Part shown: one piece after another, positions 55,624 to 64,000 of the stretch
Numbering within the stretch: the first letter of the stretch is position 1
Layout of the letters: each line of letters begins with the position of its first letter
From: an uncultured Alphaproteobacteria bacterium
GTDB lineage: Bacteria; Pseudomonadota; Alphaproteobacteria; Sphingomonadales; Sphingomonadaceae
Length of the DNA stretch: 64,000 nt
Assembly (NCBI GenBank): GCA_963797945.1
Contig: CAWCRA010000006.1
Location: forward strand, 525,219-589,218
Direction: 5' to 3'
Program-made: the position numbers and the translations under genes
Notes under the pieces: model-generated
Seen by the model: the letters and a program-made list of their open reading frames with translations, nothing else
Database searches by the model: none
Told to the model about the DNA's origin: nothing

Positions 55624-56992
55624 TTACCGCTTGTTCTCCGCCGCCTTCTTCTTTTTCATCGTGTCGTGGAAACGGTCGGCCCAACCGGGCTTCACGATTT
55701 GCTCGCCGCGAACCATGCGCAGGTCGCCGTCGCCGACATCGCGGCTCACCGCACTTCCCGCGGCGACGATGGCATCCTTGCCGATGCTGACCGGCGCAAC
55801 CAATGCGCTGTTCGAGCCGATGAAGGCACGTTCGCCAATCACCGTCTTATGCTTGAAATATCCGTCGTAATTGCAGGTGATCGTGCCTGCCCCAATGTTC
55901 GCGCCCGCGCCGACCTCAGCATCGCCCAGATAGGTCAGATGGCTCGCCTTGGCGCCTTCGCCGAGTACGGCCTTCTTCATTTCGACGAAATTGCCGACAA
56001 ACGCATCCTTCTCCAGCACTGCGCCGGGACGCAGCCGAGCGAATGGACCGACCTGCGTATTCACGCCCAGCGTCGCGCCTTCGATATGGCTGAAGCTTTT
56101 GATGTGGGCGCCTTTGGATACCTTCACACCGGGACCGAACACGACATTCGGATCGACGGTCACGTCGCTGGCGAGCTCGGTATCCCAGCTGAAGAACACC
56201 GTCTCGGGCGCGCGCAAGGTGACGCCTTCGCTCATCCAGTGCTCGCGCTGTTCCTCCTGCCATTGCCCTTCGGCGGCTGCGAGTTCGCTGCGCGAATTGA
56301 TCCCGGTAACCTCGCCTGAAGTCATCGGCCGTGATGACCGCGCAGGCATCGCCATCGGCATTGGCAATATTCACGATATCGACGAGGTAGTATTCCCCTT
56401 GTGAATTATCGTTGCCCACACGGCGGAGCAGGCCGAACATGTCGCTGGCGCGCGCGGCCATCAGGCCTGAATTGCACAGATGACAAGCGCGCTCGCCTTC
56501 GTCCGCGTCCTTATATTCGACCATCTTGACGATGCGCCCCTCATCATCGGCGATCACGCGGCCATAGTGACCTGGATCGTCCGGCTCGAACCCCAGGACG
56601 ACGACCTTGGGTTTGTCATCCGCATGAAGCCGGTCGAGCATGGCCTGCATCGTTTCGCCCCTTACGAACGGCACATCGCCATAGAGCACAAGTACATCGC
56701 CCGAATGCCCTTCCAGCAATTGCTCAGCCTGCTGCACGGCGTGCCCGGTTCCCAGCTGCGGTTCCTGCAGGCATGTTTCGGCATCGCCGCCCAGCGCCTC
56801 TTCAACCTGCTCGCGCCCTGCCCCGACGACGACGACCTTCTTGGCAGGAGAGAGCGCATCGACACTGCTCATAAGGTGTTTCAGCATGGGTCTGCCCGCA
56901 ATCGGGTGGAGAACCTTGTGCAGGTCGCTTTTCATGCGGGTGCCCTTGCCCGCAGCAAGGATAATGGCGGCGAATTCGTGGGTGTTGCTCAT
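55624..56992 (-). CDS. glmU: Bifunctional UDP-GlcNAc pyrophosphorylase/acetyltransferase GlmU (frameshift near 56320)
   Basis: LAAGKGTRMKS, QLGTGHAV, YGDVP, EYYLVD; second frame GINSR, GPFARLRP, GNFVEMK, HLTYLGDA, ITCNYDG. Confidence 0.95.
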
Positions 56993-57053
56993 GGCAAATG
57001 CCCTTGCCACCAAATGCTTGCGGTTTGAAGCATCATACTCCACGCCGCGCACC

Positions 57054-57722
57054 ATGACGGACATTCCCTTCGGCAGCGTCGGCTTCGATCTCGACGGAAC
57101 CCTGCTCGACACGTTTCGCGATCTCGGCGCAGCAGTGAACTACGCGCTGACGCTAGGCGGCTTTAACGAAGTTCCCGTTGGCAGTTCGAAAGACCTGATC
57201 GGCGGCGGCGCCAAGATCATGCTTGCAAGGGCTGTCGACGCGCAAGGCGGGATGCCCGACGACGAGTTTCGCGCGCTCTACAAGCAGATGCTGGGCTATT
57301 ACGCCGAGCACAACGCTGTGCACACGCGCCCTTACGCGGGCTGCGAGGAAGTGCTCGATACGCTGGCAAGCCGCGGCGTGAAAATGGCTGTCGTCACCAA
57401 CAAGTTCGAAGGGTTCGCCCGCGAGATCCTCACATCTTTGGGCCTCATCGACCGTTTCGAGACCGTCATCGGCGGAGACACGATGGGAAAAGGTCGCGCC
57501 AAACCCGCCCCCGATCCGGTGGTCGAGGCTGCAAAGCGATGCGGAGACGCGCGGCTGGTGTTCGTCGGCGACAGTACCTACGACGTCATGGCGGCGCGCG
57601 CAGCCAATGTTCCGGTCATCGCCGCGGGCTATGGTTATTGCGACAAACCGCCGCATGAACTTGGCGCGGATGCCGTCATCGATTCGCTTGGCGAACTGAT
57701 TCCCGCGCTTCAGCGCCTCTGA
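57054..57722 (+). CDS. gph: HAD-family phosphatase (phosphoglycolate phosphatase-like)
   Basis: FDLDGTLLDT, VTNK, KPAPDP, VGDSTYD; divergent from glmU. Confidence 0.85.
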   Translation: MTDIPFGSVGFDLDGTLLDTFRDLGAAVNYALTLGGFNEVPVGSSKDLIGGGAKIMLARAVDAQGGMPDDEFRALYKQMLGYYAEHNAVHTRPYAGCEEVLDTLASRGVKMAVVTNKFEGFAREILTSLGLIDRFETVIGGDTMGKGRAKPAPDPVVEAAKRCGDARLVFVGDSTYDVMAARAANVPVIAAGYGYCDKPPHELGADAVIDSLGELIPALQRL

Positions 57723-57803
57723 CTGGCGACCTGCCCCTACGGCATTGCGGATAGCAGCATCGCGGTTGCAAGAATGGCGCAAAACTGCCACGCATCCCGC
57801 CAA

Positions 57804-57820
57804 TTGACCTTTACGTAAAC
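57804..57820 (+). promoter_or_regulatory. LiuR-like (MerR family) operator overlapping a -35 element
   Basis: TTGACC followed by the palindrome TTTACGTAAA (57810-57819), 20 nt upstream of an acyl-CoA SDR gene. Confidence 0.6.
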
Positions 57821-57839
57821 CTCATCTGGAGAAACCCCC

Positions 57840-58769
57840 ATGACCATTGATTTCAAGGACAAGGTAGCCATCGTAACCGGCGCTGGCGGCGGGCTCGGCC
57901 GCGAATATGCGCTTGAGCTCGGACGCCGCGGTGCAAAGGTCGTGGTGAACGATCTGGGCGGTTCGCGCGATGGCACCGGTACTTCCGACATGGCCGCGCA
58001 GGTCGTCGAGGAAATCGAAAAGGCTGGCGGCGAAGCGATCGCGAATGGCGGTTCGGTCACGGAGTATGACCAGATGGAAGCCATGGTCGCGCAGGCCAAG
58101 GAGAAGTGGGGCGGCGTTCACGTTCTGATCAACAATGCCGGCGTCCTGCGCGACAAGACGTTCGCGAAGATGACGCCGGACGATTTCGAATTCGTGGTCA
58201 AGGTTCACCTCACCGGTTCCGCCTTCGCCACCAAGGCGTGCTGGGAAACCTTTCGCGAGCAGGCCTATGGCCGCGTGCTGATGACAGCATCCTCGACCGG
58301 TCTGTTCGGCAATTTCGGTCAGGCCAATTACGGTGCCGCCAAGCTCGGCCTAGCCGGTCTCACCAAGACGCTTCAGCTGGAAGGCGCGAAGTACAATATC
58401 AAGGTCAACACGCTCTCGCCGGTGGCGGGCACACGCATGACCGAAGATCTCTTCCCGGAAGAAGCCTTCAAGCTGTTCGATCCGGTGAACGTGGTTCCCG
58501 CTGCACTTTTCCTCGTCAGCGAAGAAGCTCCGACCAATGCCATCGTCGGCGCTGGCGCCGGGGGTTATCACAGCGCCTGGACAGTGATGAACGATGCCGT
58601 CTGGCTGCCTGACGGCGAACGCACCGTTGAAGGTTTCGCCGAGAATTGGGACAAGATCAGCGAATTTTCCAACCTCAAGGCGCCGCAATCCGGCTCCGAG
58701 CAATCGGGCGCCATTCTCACGGCAATGCAGAAGGTCACCGGCACCGGGCCGTCCTCCGCACGCAGCTAA
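57840..58769 (+). CDS. SDR oxidoreductase (MFE-2-like 3-hydroxyacyl-CoA dehydrogenase)
   Basis: TGAGGGLG, VVVNDLGG, NNAGVLRD, GNFGQANYGAAK. Confidence 0.92.
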   Translation: MTIDFKDKVAIVTGAGGGLGREYALELGRRGAKVVVNDLGGSRDGTGTSDMAAQVVEEIEKAGGEAIANGGSVTEYDQMEAMVAQAKEKWGGVHVLINNAGVLRDKTFAKMTPDDFEFVVKVHLTGSAFATKACWETFREQAYGRVLMTASSTGLFGNFGQANYGAAKLGLAGLTKTLQLEGAKYNIKVNTLSPVAGTRMTEDLFPEEAFKLFDPVNVVPAALFLVSEEAPTNAIVGAGAGGYHSAWTVMNDAVWLPDGERTVEGFAENWDKISEFSNLKAPQSGSEQSGAILTAMQKVTGTGPSSARS

Positions 58770-58781
58770 TCCGTAGCCGTA

Positions 58782-58810
58782 TTGACGCGGTAACACACCT
58801 GGCCTATTCC
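58782..58810 (+). promoter_or_regulatory. Putative sigma70 promoter
   Basis: TTGACG-N17-TATTCC upstream of the 58838 ORF. Confidence 0.45.
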
Positions 58811-58837
58811 CGTCCTGTCAACAGGAGGGAATAGGCT

Positions 58838-59905
58838 ATGTACAGCCAGCAAGACCTGAATTCGGCCGTGGCAGCAGGCGTGATGTCGCGCGAGGCCGCC
58901 GACGCGCTGCGAGCGCATGTCGCAGCGCAGCGTGACGCGGTGCCTGCCGATGCCGAGCATTTTCGCCTCATTACGGGCTTCAACGATATCTTCGTCACCA
59001 TTGGCGTGGTCATCCTGCTAGTCGCGGTGGCCGCTATCGGTGATGCTTTCTGGAGCAATGATGACGGCCCATCACCGCTGAGCGGACTGTTCGTTGCCGG
59101 CACGGCATGGATGCTGGCCGAATTCTTCACCGCCAAGCGCCGCATGGCCTTGCCGAGCATCATCCTGCTGCTGGCGTTTGTCGGCGGCGTCTTCTTTGCT
59201 CTGCTCGGCTTTGCGATGGCAGTGATCGAAGGCGGCGGTTCGAACGATGTTATCGGAGCCTTGTTGGTCGCCGCGGCGGCCTTGGCAACGGCGGGTGCTG
59301 CATGGCTGCATTGGCGCCGCTTCATGGTGCCGATCACAGTCGCAGCAGGAACCGCCGCGATCGCTGGCACGATCATCGCGCTCGTCGTCGCCGCCGTTGG
59401 TCCGTCAAATATCGATAATGTAGAGACGTTGATTCTCGGCCTGATTTTCGTGGCGGGCCTGGCGATCTTCGCCTTTGCCATGCGCTGGGACATCAGCGAT
59501 CCGGCGCGCTCGACCCGGCGCGCCGATGTGGCCTTCTGGCTGCACCTGCTCGCTGCGCCGATGCTCGCGCACCCATTGTTTTCGCTGTTCGGAGTGACCG
59601 ATGGTGGCGCGCTGACCGTAGCAGCGGCGATCGGAGTGCTGGCGGTCTATATGTTGTTCGCAATCATCGCGATTGCGGTCGATCGGCGCGCCCTGCTGGT
59701 TTCTGCATTGGCTTATGTTCTGGTGGCGCTGACCTGGCTGTTCCGCGAATTCGGCGCAGTGGAGCTCAACTTCGCACTGACCGCTTTCGTGATCGGTTCG
59801 GCCCTGCTGACGCTCAGTGCGCTATGGACTCCGATACGGGCAGCGGTGGTCAGCAAACTGCCCACGCAGGTTCAGGAAAAATTGCCCGCCACCGCAATGG
59901 CCTGA
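58838..59905 (+). CDS. Conserved multi-pass membrane protein
   Basis: AGGAGG RBS; EHFRLITGFNDIF, DVAFWLHL, DRRALLVS; about ten TM helices. Confidence 0.8.
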   Translation: MYSQQDLNSAVAAGVMSREAADALRAHVAAQRDAVPADAEHFRLITGFNDIFVTIGVVILLVAVAAIGDAFWSNDDGPSPLSGLFVAGTAWMLAEFFTAKRRMALPSIILLLAFVGGVFFALLGFAMAVIEGGGSNDVIGALLVAAAALATAGAAWLHWRRFMVPITVAAGTAAIAGTIIALVVAAVGPSNIDNVETLILGLIFVAGLAIFAFAMRWDISDPARSTRRADVAFWLHLLAAPMLAHPLFSLFGVTDGGALTVAAAIGVLAVYMLFAIIAIAVDRRALLVSALAYVLVALTWLFREFGAVELNFALTAFVIGSALLTLSALWTPIRAAVVSKLPTQVQEKLPATAMA

Positions 59906-59924
59906 ACAGACCGGATAATTCAGC

Positions 59925-59957
59925 AAAAAAGGCCCGTGCTTCATGCGCGGGCCTTCT
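59925..59957. terminator. Rho-independent terminator between convergent genes
   Basis: AAGGCCCGTGC-ttcat-GCGCGGGCCTT stem-loop, A6 on the left (U-tract for the minus strand) and TTCTT on the right. Confidence 0.75.
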
Positions 59958-59961
59958 TCAT

Positions 59962-60327
59962 TCAATCGTCCACTGCCTTGAGCAAACGCCGCTCGACCGG
60001 GGCGATGACGCCGGCAAGTTCATGCCCGCGCTTGAGCACTTGGCCATGCTCCCCAAACAGCGCCCACATGCCCTGCCGGTTGCGCAGCGATGGCCGTTTC
60101 TCGACACGCATTTGCGGGCGCTCGGCCGCTCGGCGGAAAGCTGCGAAAACAGCCGCATCCTTGGCGAAATCCATCGCATAGTCGCGCCACTCACCGGCGG
60201 CGACCATCCGGCCATAAAGATCGAGAATGCGCTGCAGCTCTTCGCGGGTGAAGCCTACTTGCTGCGCGCCGCGTCCGGGGAAGGGAAGTATCGAACCCGA
60301 ACCGGACTGCGCCGAAGACGACCGCAT
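59962..60327 (-). CDS. DUF2794-family protein
   Basis: ILDLYGRMVAAGEWRDYAMD, GQVLKRGHEL. Confidence 0.85.
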   Translation of the reverse strand: MRSSSAQSGSGSILPFPGRGAQQVGFTREELQRILDLYGRMVAAGEWRDYAMDFAKDAAVFAAFRRAAERPQMRVEKRPSLRNRQGMWALFGEHGQVLKRGHELAGVIAPVERRLLKAVDD

Positions 60328-61022
60328 CAGTCCTTGGTACCGCTTTTGCGGGCTGTTTGGACGGGTGTATCGCGGCGCAGGCTTTCCAGCTCCGCGCGCA
60401 TTGCCTCAAGCTGCTTCTCGAGCGCCTCGACACGGCCCATGTCAGGCTCGCACGGCTCGTCGCAAGGCGTCCCGTAAGGCATGAACTCACGCATATAGGT
60501 CTCGACGGGGACCAGCGTGCTGCGCGCCTTGAAGCCGACCATAGTCGCGCCTTCGGGTACATCGTCGGTGACCACCGCATTGGCACCGATCCGTGCACGG
60601 GGGCCGACAGTGATCGGGCCGATAACCTGTGCGCCCGAGCCGATGATGGCATTGTCGCCGATTGTCGGATGGCGTTTGCCGCCAATCCCGTTGGTCGGGT
60701 TCGTCCCGCCCAGCGTCACGCATTGATACATGGTGACGTTATGGCCGATCTCGGCGGTCTCGCCGATTACCGAAAAACCATGATCGATGAAGAAGTTACG
60801 GCCGATCTTTGCTCCGGGATGGATGTCGATTGCGGTGAATGACCGGCTGAAATGATTGACTATTCGCGCAAGGAAAAACAGCTCCGCCTCGAACAGCCAA
60901 TGCGCCACGCGGTGCCACATCACCGCCCAGACACCCGGGTAGGTGAGGATTTCCCAGCGACTGCGCGGCGCGGGATCACGTGCGCGTATGCTGTCGAGAT
61001 AGGCGATGAGCCGGTCGAACAT
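60327..61022 (-). CDS. cysE: Serine O-acetyltransferase
   Basis: RDPAPRS, IDIHPGAKIG, FIDHG, VTLGGT, KRHPTIG. Confidence 0.93.
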   Translation of the reverse strand: MFDRLIAYLDSIRARDPAPRSRWEILTYPGVWAVMWHRVAHWLFEAELFFLARIVNHFSRSFTAIDIHPGAKIGRNFFIDHGFSVIGETAEIGHNVTMYQCVTLGGTNPTNGIGGKRHPTIGDNAIIGSGAQVIGPITVGPRARIGANAVVTDDVPEGATMVGFKARSTLVPVETYMREFMPYGTPCDEPCEPDMGRVEALEKQLEAMRAELESLRRDTPVQTARKSGTKD

Positions 61023-61053
61023 TACAGCACCGATTCCTTCCACCAAACGTCCG

Positions 61054-61665
61054 TCAAAGCAAGCGCGCTTGCTGCGCCCCCTGAACGGACTCAAGCGCGT
61101 CCCGCCACACCGACATGGTGGCGGGCACCTGTCTTTCAAGCGAAATCCGGTCCATTGCGGCCACAAGTCGCTCGACGGCGAGAAAGCTGCGCTCCACTCG
61201 CGGGACCAGATAAGCCGAGGCTCCGTCGGCCAGAACCAGCCTGCGCTGCTCTGCATGTGCCTCGATCAGCCCGGCGATCATTTCGTCGTCCGGCGTGCCG
61301 ATTTCCAACTGCAGAGACCCCCCGATGCGGCTGCGAAGATCGGGCAGCGTAATCGCCCAGGCCTGATTCTGGGTCACCAGCAAAAGCGGCCTGCCGTCCT
61401 GCTGCGCAAGGTTCCAGCGGTGGAAGAGGACGGTTTCGTCCATCGTGTCCGCCGCCTCGATCGCATCGCCCTTTCCTGCCTGCAAGAACCATTTGGCGAG
61501 GAGTGATTTGCCAGAGCGAGGCGGGCCGATCAGCACGGCAGTGTGGAAGGGCCAGTCCGAAGGATCGGACAACGCATCGGCGGCCGCGCGATTGGCGTTG
61601 CCGATGATGATGCGCGCCGGGTCGCCGGGACTGCGCGAATCGAGCGGGAGGGCGTACTGGGACAC
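61054..61665 (-). CDS. hdaA: HdaA/DnaA-family AAA+ replication inactivation protein
   Basis: N-terminal clamp-binding-like QYALPL, GPPRSGKS, LPDLRSR, ERS; located near purM. Confidence 0.8.
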   Translation of the reverse strand: MSQYALPLDSRSPGDPARIIIGNANRAAADALSDPSDWPFHTAVLIGPPRSGKSLLAKWFLQAGKGDAIEAADTMDETVLFHRWNLAQQDGRPLLLVTQNQAWAITLPDLRSRIGGSLQLEIGTPDDEMIAGLIEAHAEQRRLVLADGASAYLVPRVERSFLAVERLVAAMDRISLERQVPATMSVWRDALESVQGAQQARLL

Positions 61666-61677
61666 GGACGCCGGAGC

Positions 61678-62946
61678 TCAGCGGCTGATGGACAGCGCGC
61701 TCGCCCCTTGCTGAACTGTAAAGCCGCGCGCCCGCAAAGCACCTGCAAGATCCCCGATGGAGCCTGCGTAGCCCACAGTGAGCACAGAGGTTCCGCCCAC
61801 TGCCGCGCTGCGAACACCGGCGCTACGCACACCGGGAGTGCCGCGAACCGCGCCTATCGAGGCGTCGAACGCCGCAGCGTCGGGGGTTGCGACTTGCACC
61901 GTGTAGAGCGCGACGGATCCTTCCGGCGGGGGATTGTCGACCGGCGCGGCGGTAATGGTTCCGCCGCTGGCTTCAGTCGGTTCGCGTGCAACCGCTGCCT
62001 GCTCGCGCACGATCGATGCACGGGCGCGATTGAGCAATGCTTGCAGCGCAGGGTCGATATCGACCGCGCCGAGGTTCAAGGTCGGATCAGGACGCAGCGT
62101 GCCATCGGCCAGTGCCGCTTCGAAAATATCGTCGAACCGCTCGACCGCGCGTGCGAGCATCGCAGGCAAGTCGTCAGGCGTGTCGGCAGTCATCTCGAAA
62201 CTGCCGAGATAGCGATTGTCAGGTCCATATCGCGCAGTAAATGTCCCGGCCACCGGCCCCCCCGGATAGGTATATCGCAGGTTCGCGACTGGAACGAGCA
62301 CATCGGCGGCGCCGAATTGATCGAGCACGTTGCGCCACCATGTCCGGCTGCGCCGTCCGGTCTGGCCCGCCGTGATAAGCAGCGAATCGCCGCCCGCCCC
62401 CGATGGACGCACATAGGCAATCAGGCTGGTTCCCGGCTGAAATTCGGCCCAGGCGCGCTGCCACGGGTTGCGCTGCTCATAAACCAACCGCGTTCCGGCG
62501 CTGGCTGTAACCGGAATGACCAGCATGGGGGCCGAACGCCTGCCCTGCCCCTCGGTCCCAAGATAACGGCTTGCCCTTGCGCGGTCGAACACAACACCGA
62601 GCCGCGCGATATAGCGCCGCGGACCGAGCTGCTCGCGCTCGATCACGATTGCCGACACGAGCTCGCTGATCTGCGCATCGGGCAGGCTTGGCCCATCGAT
62701 CTTTTCCCACGCCAATCGCGCCGCTTCGTCCCATCCGGCCTCACGCGCCTCCTCCGACGTATCGCCGCGCGTATCGACGTCGATACCGCCGACCTGAATG
62801 TCGGCCGAGGCAGCGACGGGTGCGATCCCGCGCTCACCCTCGACCTGCGCACGCACTGCCAGCGCCACAAACACGGCGAGAACCAGCACTAAGGCGGCCA
62901 AGAGCACCTTGCGCGGTGCAGAATATGGGATCGAAAGAGTCCGCAT
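61678..62946 (-). CDS. Conserved exported protein (purM/hdaA-linked)
   Basis: N-terminal TM/signal; RYIARLGVVFD, NPWQRAW; C-terminal small alpha/beta domain. Confidence 0.7.
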   Translation of the reverse strand: MRTLSIPYSAPRKVLLAALVLVLAVFVALAVRAQVEGERGIAPVAASADIQVGGIDVDTRGDTSEEAREAGWDEAARLAWEKIDGPSLPDAQISELVSAIVIEREQLGPRRYIARLGVVFDRARASRYLGTEGQGRRSAPMLVIPVTASAGTRLVYEQRNPWQRAWAEFQPGTSLIAYVRPSGAGGDSLLITAGQTGRRSRTWWRNVLDQFGAADVLVPVANLRYTYPGGPVAGTFTARYGPDNRYLGSFEMTADTPDDLPAMLARAVERFDDIFEAALADGTLRPDPTLNLGAVDIDPALQALLNRARASIVREQAAVAREPTEASGGTITAAPVDNPPPEGSVALYTVQVATPDAAAFDASIGAVRGTPGVRSAGVRSAAVGGTSVLTVGYAGSIGDLAGALRARGFTVQQGASALSISR

Positions 62947-63015
62947 GGGGAAAACAGCGCGCCTTTTGCCCAATGGCTGATGGAAATCCAAGCGCGAAAG
63001 CGTATTGCATGCGCG

Positions 63016-64000
63016 ATGAGTTAGAACACACCCTCTTACACCTACGAAGATGCAGGTGTCTCCATCAATGCGGGCAATGCGCTGGTGAAGGCGATCGGGC
63101 CGCTGGTCAAGGCAACTGCACGCCCCGGAGCGGATAGCGAGATTGGCGGCTTCGGTGGTTTTTTCGATCCGAAGGCCGCAGGTTATGCCGATCCGTTGCT
63201 GGTTGCGGCCAATGACGGCGTCGGGACCAAGCTGAAACTCGCCATCGACCATGACCGCCATGACAGCGTGGGCATCGACCTGGTCGCCATGTGCGTGAAC
63301 GATTTGATCGTGCAAGGCGCCGAACCGCTCTTCTTCCTCGACTATTTTGCGACCGGGAAGCTTGAGAACGGCGTCGCCGAGCGAGTGATCGCCGGAATTG
63401 CCGATGGCTGCAAGCAGGCTGGCTGCGCGCTAATCGGCGGGGAAACCGCCGAAATGCCGGGAATGTACGCGCCGGGCGACTACGATCTGGCGGGCTTCTG
63501 CGTGGGCGCTGTGGAGCGCGGCGAACAGCTGACCGGCGAAAAGGTCGCGCCGGGACAGGTGCTGCTGGGCCTCGCGAGTTCGGGAGTGCACTCGAACGGA
63601 TACTCGCTCGTGCGGCGCCTTGCCGAGGACAAAATGTGGAAGATGGACCAATCCGCTCCCTTCGATGCGAGCCGCACACTGATCGAGGCATTACTCGAGC
63701 CGACGCGCATTTACGTGAAATCGCTCATGCCCTCGATCCGCGCGGGCCGCATTACCGCTCTCGCGCATATTACGGGCGGCGGCCTGCTGGAGAACATTCC
63801 CCGTGTTCTCCCCACAGGAGCGCACGCTGCTATCGATGCCGACGCTTGGGATCAGCCAGGTTTGATGGGTTTCCTGCAAGCACAAGGCAACATCACACCG
63901 GCCGAGATGGCTCGCACTTTCAATTGCGGTATCGGCATGGTGCTCGCTGTCGAGGAAAGCGAAGTGAGCCAGGTTCGCAGCGAGCTGGAAGCTACAGGAG
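63016..64000 (+). CDS. purM: Phosphoribosylformylglycinamidine cyclo-ligase PurM (partial; in-frame TAG at codon 3)
   Basis: Manual translation [16 protein letters not shown]...GGFGGFF...DGVGTKL...[11 protein letters not shown]...GGETAEMPG...[10 protein letters not shown]...HITGGG...FNCGIG. Confidence 0.93.

Noticed and set aside
55624-56992. glmU split into two ORFs (programmed frameshift or pseudogene)
   Set aside because: Essential gene, single extra base near 56320, no slippery sequence; best explained as a sequencing error
63016-63030. In-frame TAG at codon 3 of purM, suggesting readthrough or recoding
   Set aside because: TAG is a normal stop elsewhere in the window (smc, dsbA); in an error-prone sequence a base-call or indel error is far more likely

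Overview
GC-rich alphaproteobacterial chromosome segment. Gene content and order point to Sphingomonadales, probably Erythrobacteraceae (inference). It is mostly housekeeping: nudC-mutY-dciA-dsbA-dsbA-smc, rpmF-plsX-fabH-ihfA-merR, cysS, cobT, transaldolase, priA, ada, atpHAGDC, glmU, cysE, hdaA and purM. No rRNA, tRNA, CRISPR array, transposase or integrase was recognised. The most striking locus is a tightly coupled 11.7-kb operon (22381-34074, minus strand). It encodes an exported TPR-CHAT caspase-like protease, a ShlB/FhaC-type TpsB pore and a ~2,260-aa TpsA-like exoprotein with a Cys pair and acidic C-terminal tail; I hypothesise protease-controlled two-partner secretion. Also notable: a stand-alone CI/Cro-like switch with palindromic operators, a LexA box and tandem GANTC sites (14173-15555); a cassette-like orphan gene with degenerate flanking repeats; an antitoxin-less RES gene coupled to cysS; and a lipoprotein gene inside the ATP synthase operon. 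Many genes, including essential glmU and plsX, carry single-base frameshifts, so the sequence probably has uncorrected indel errors, densest at about 16.8-19.4 kb. All calls come from motif recognition; no database searches were run.
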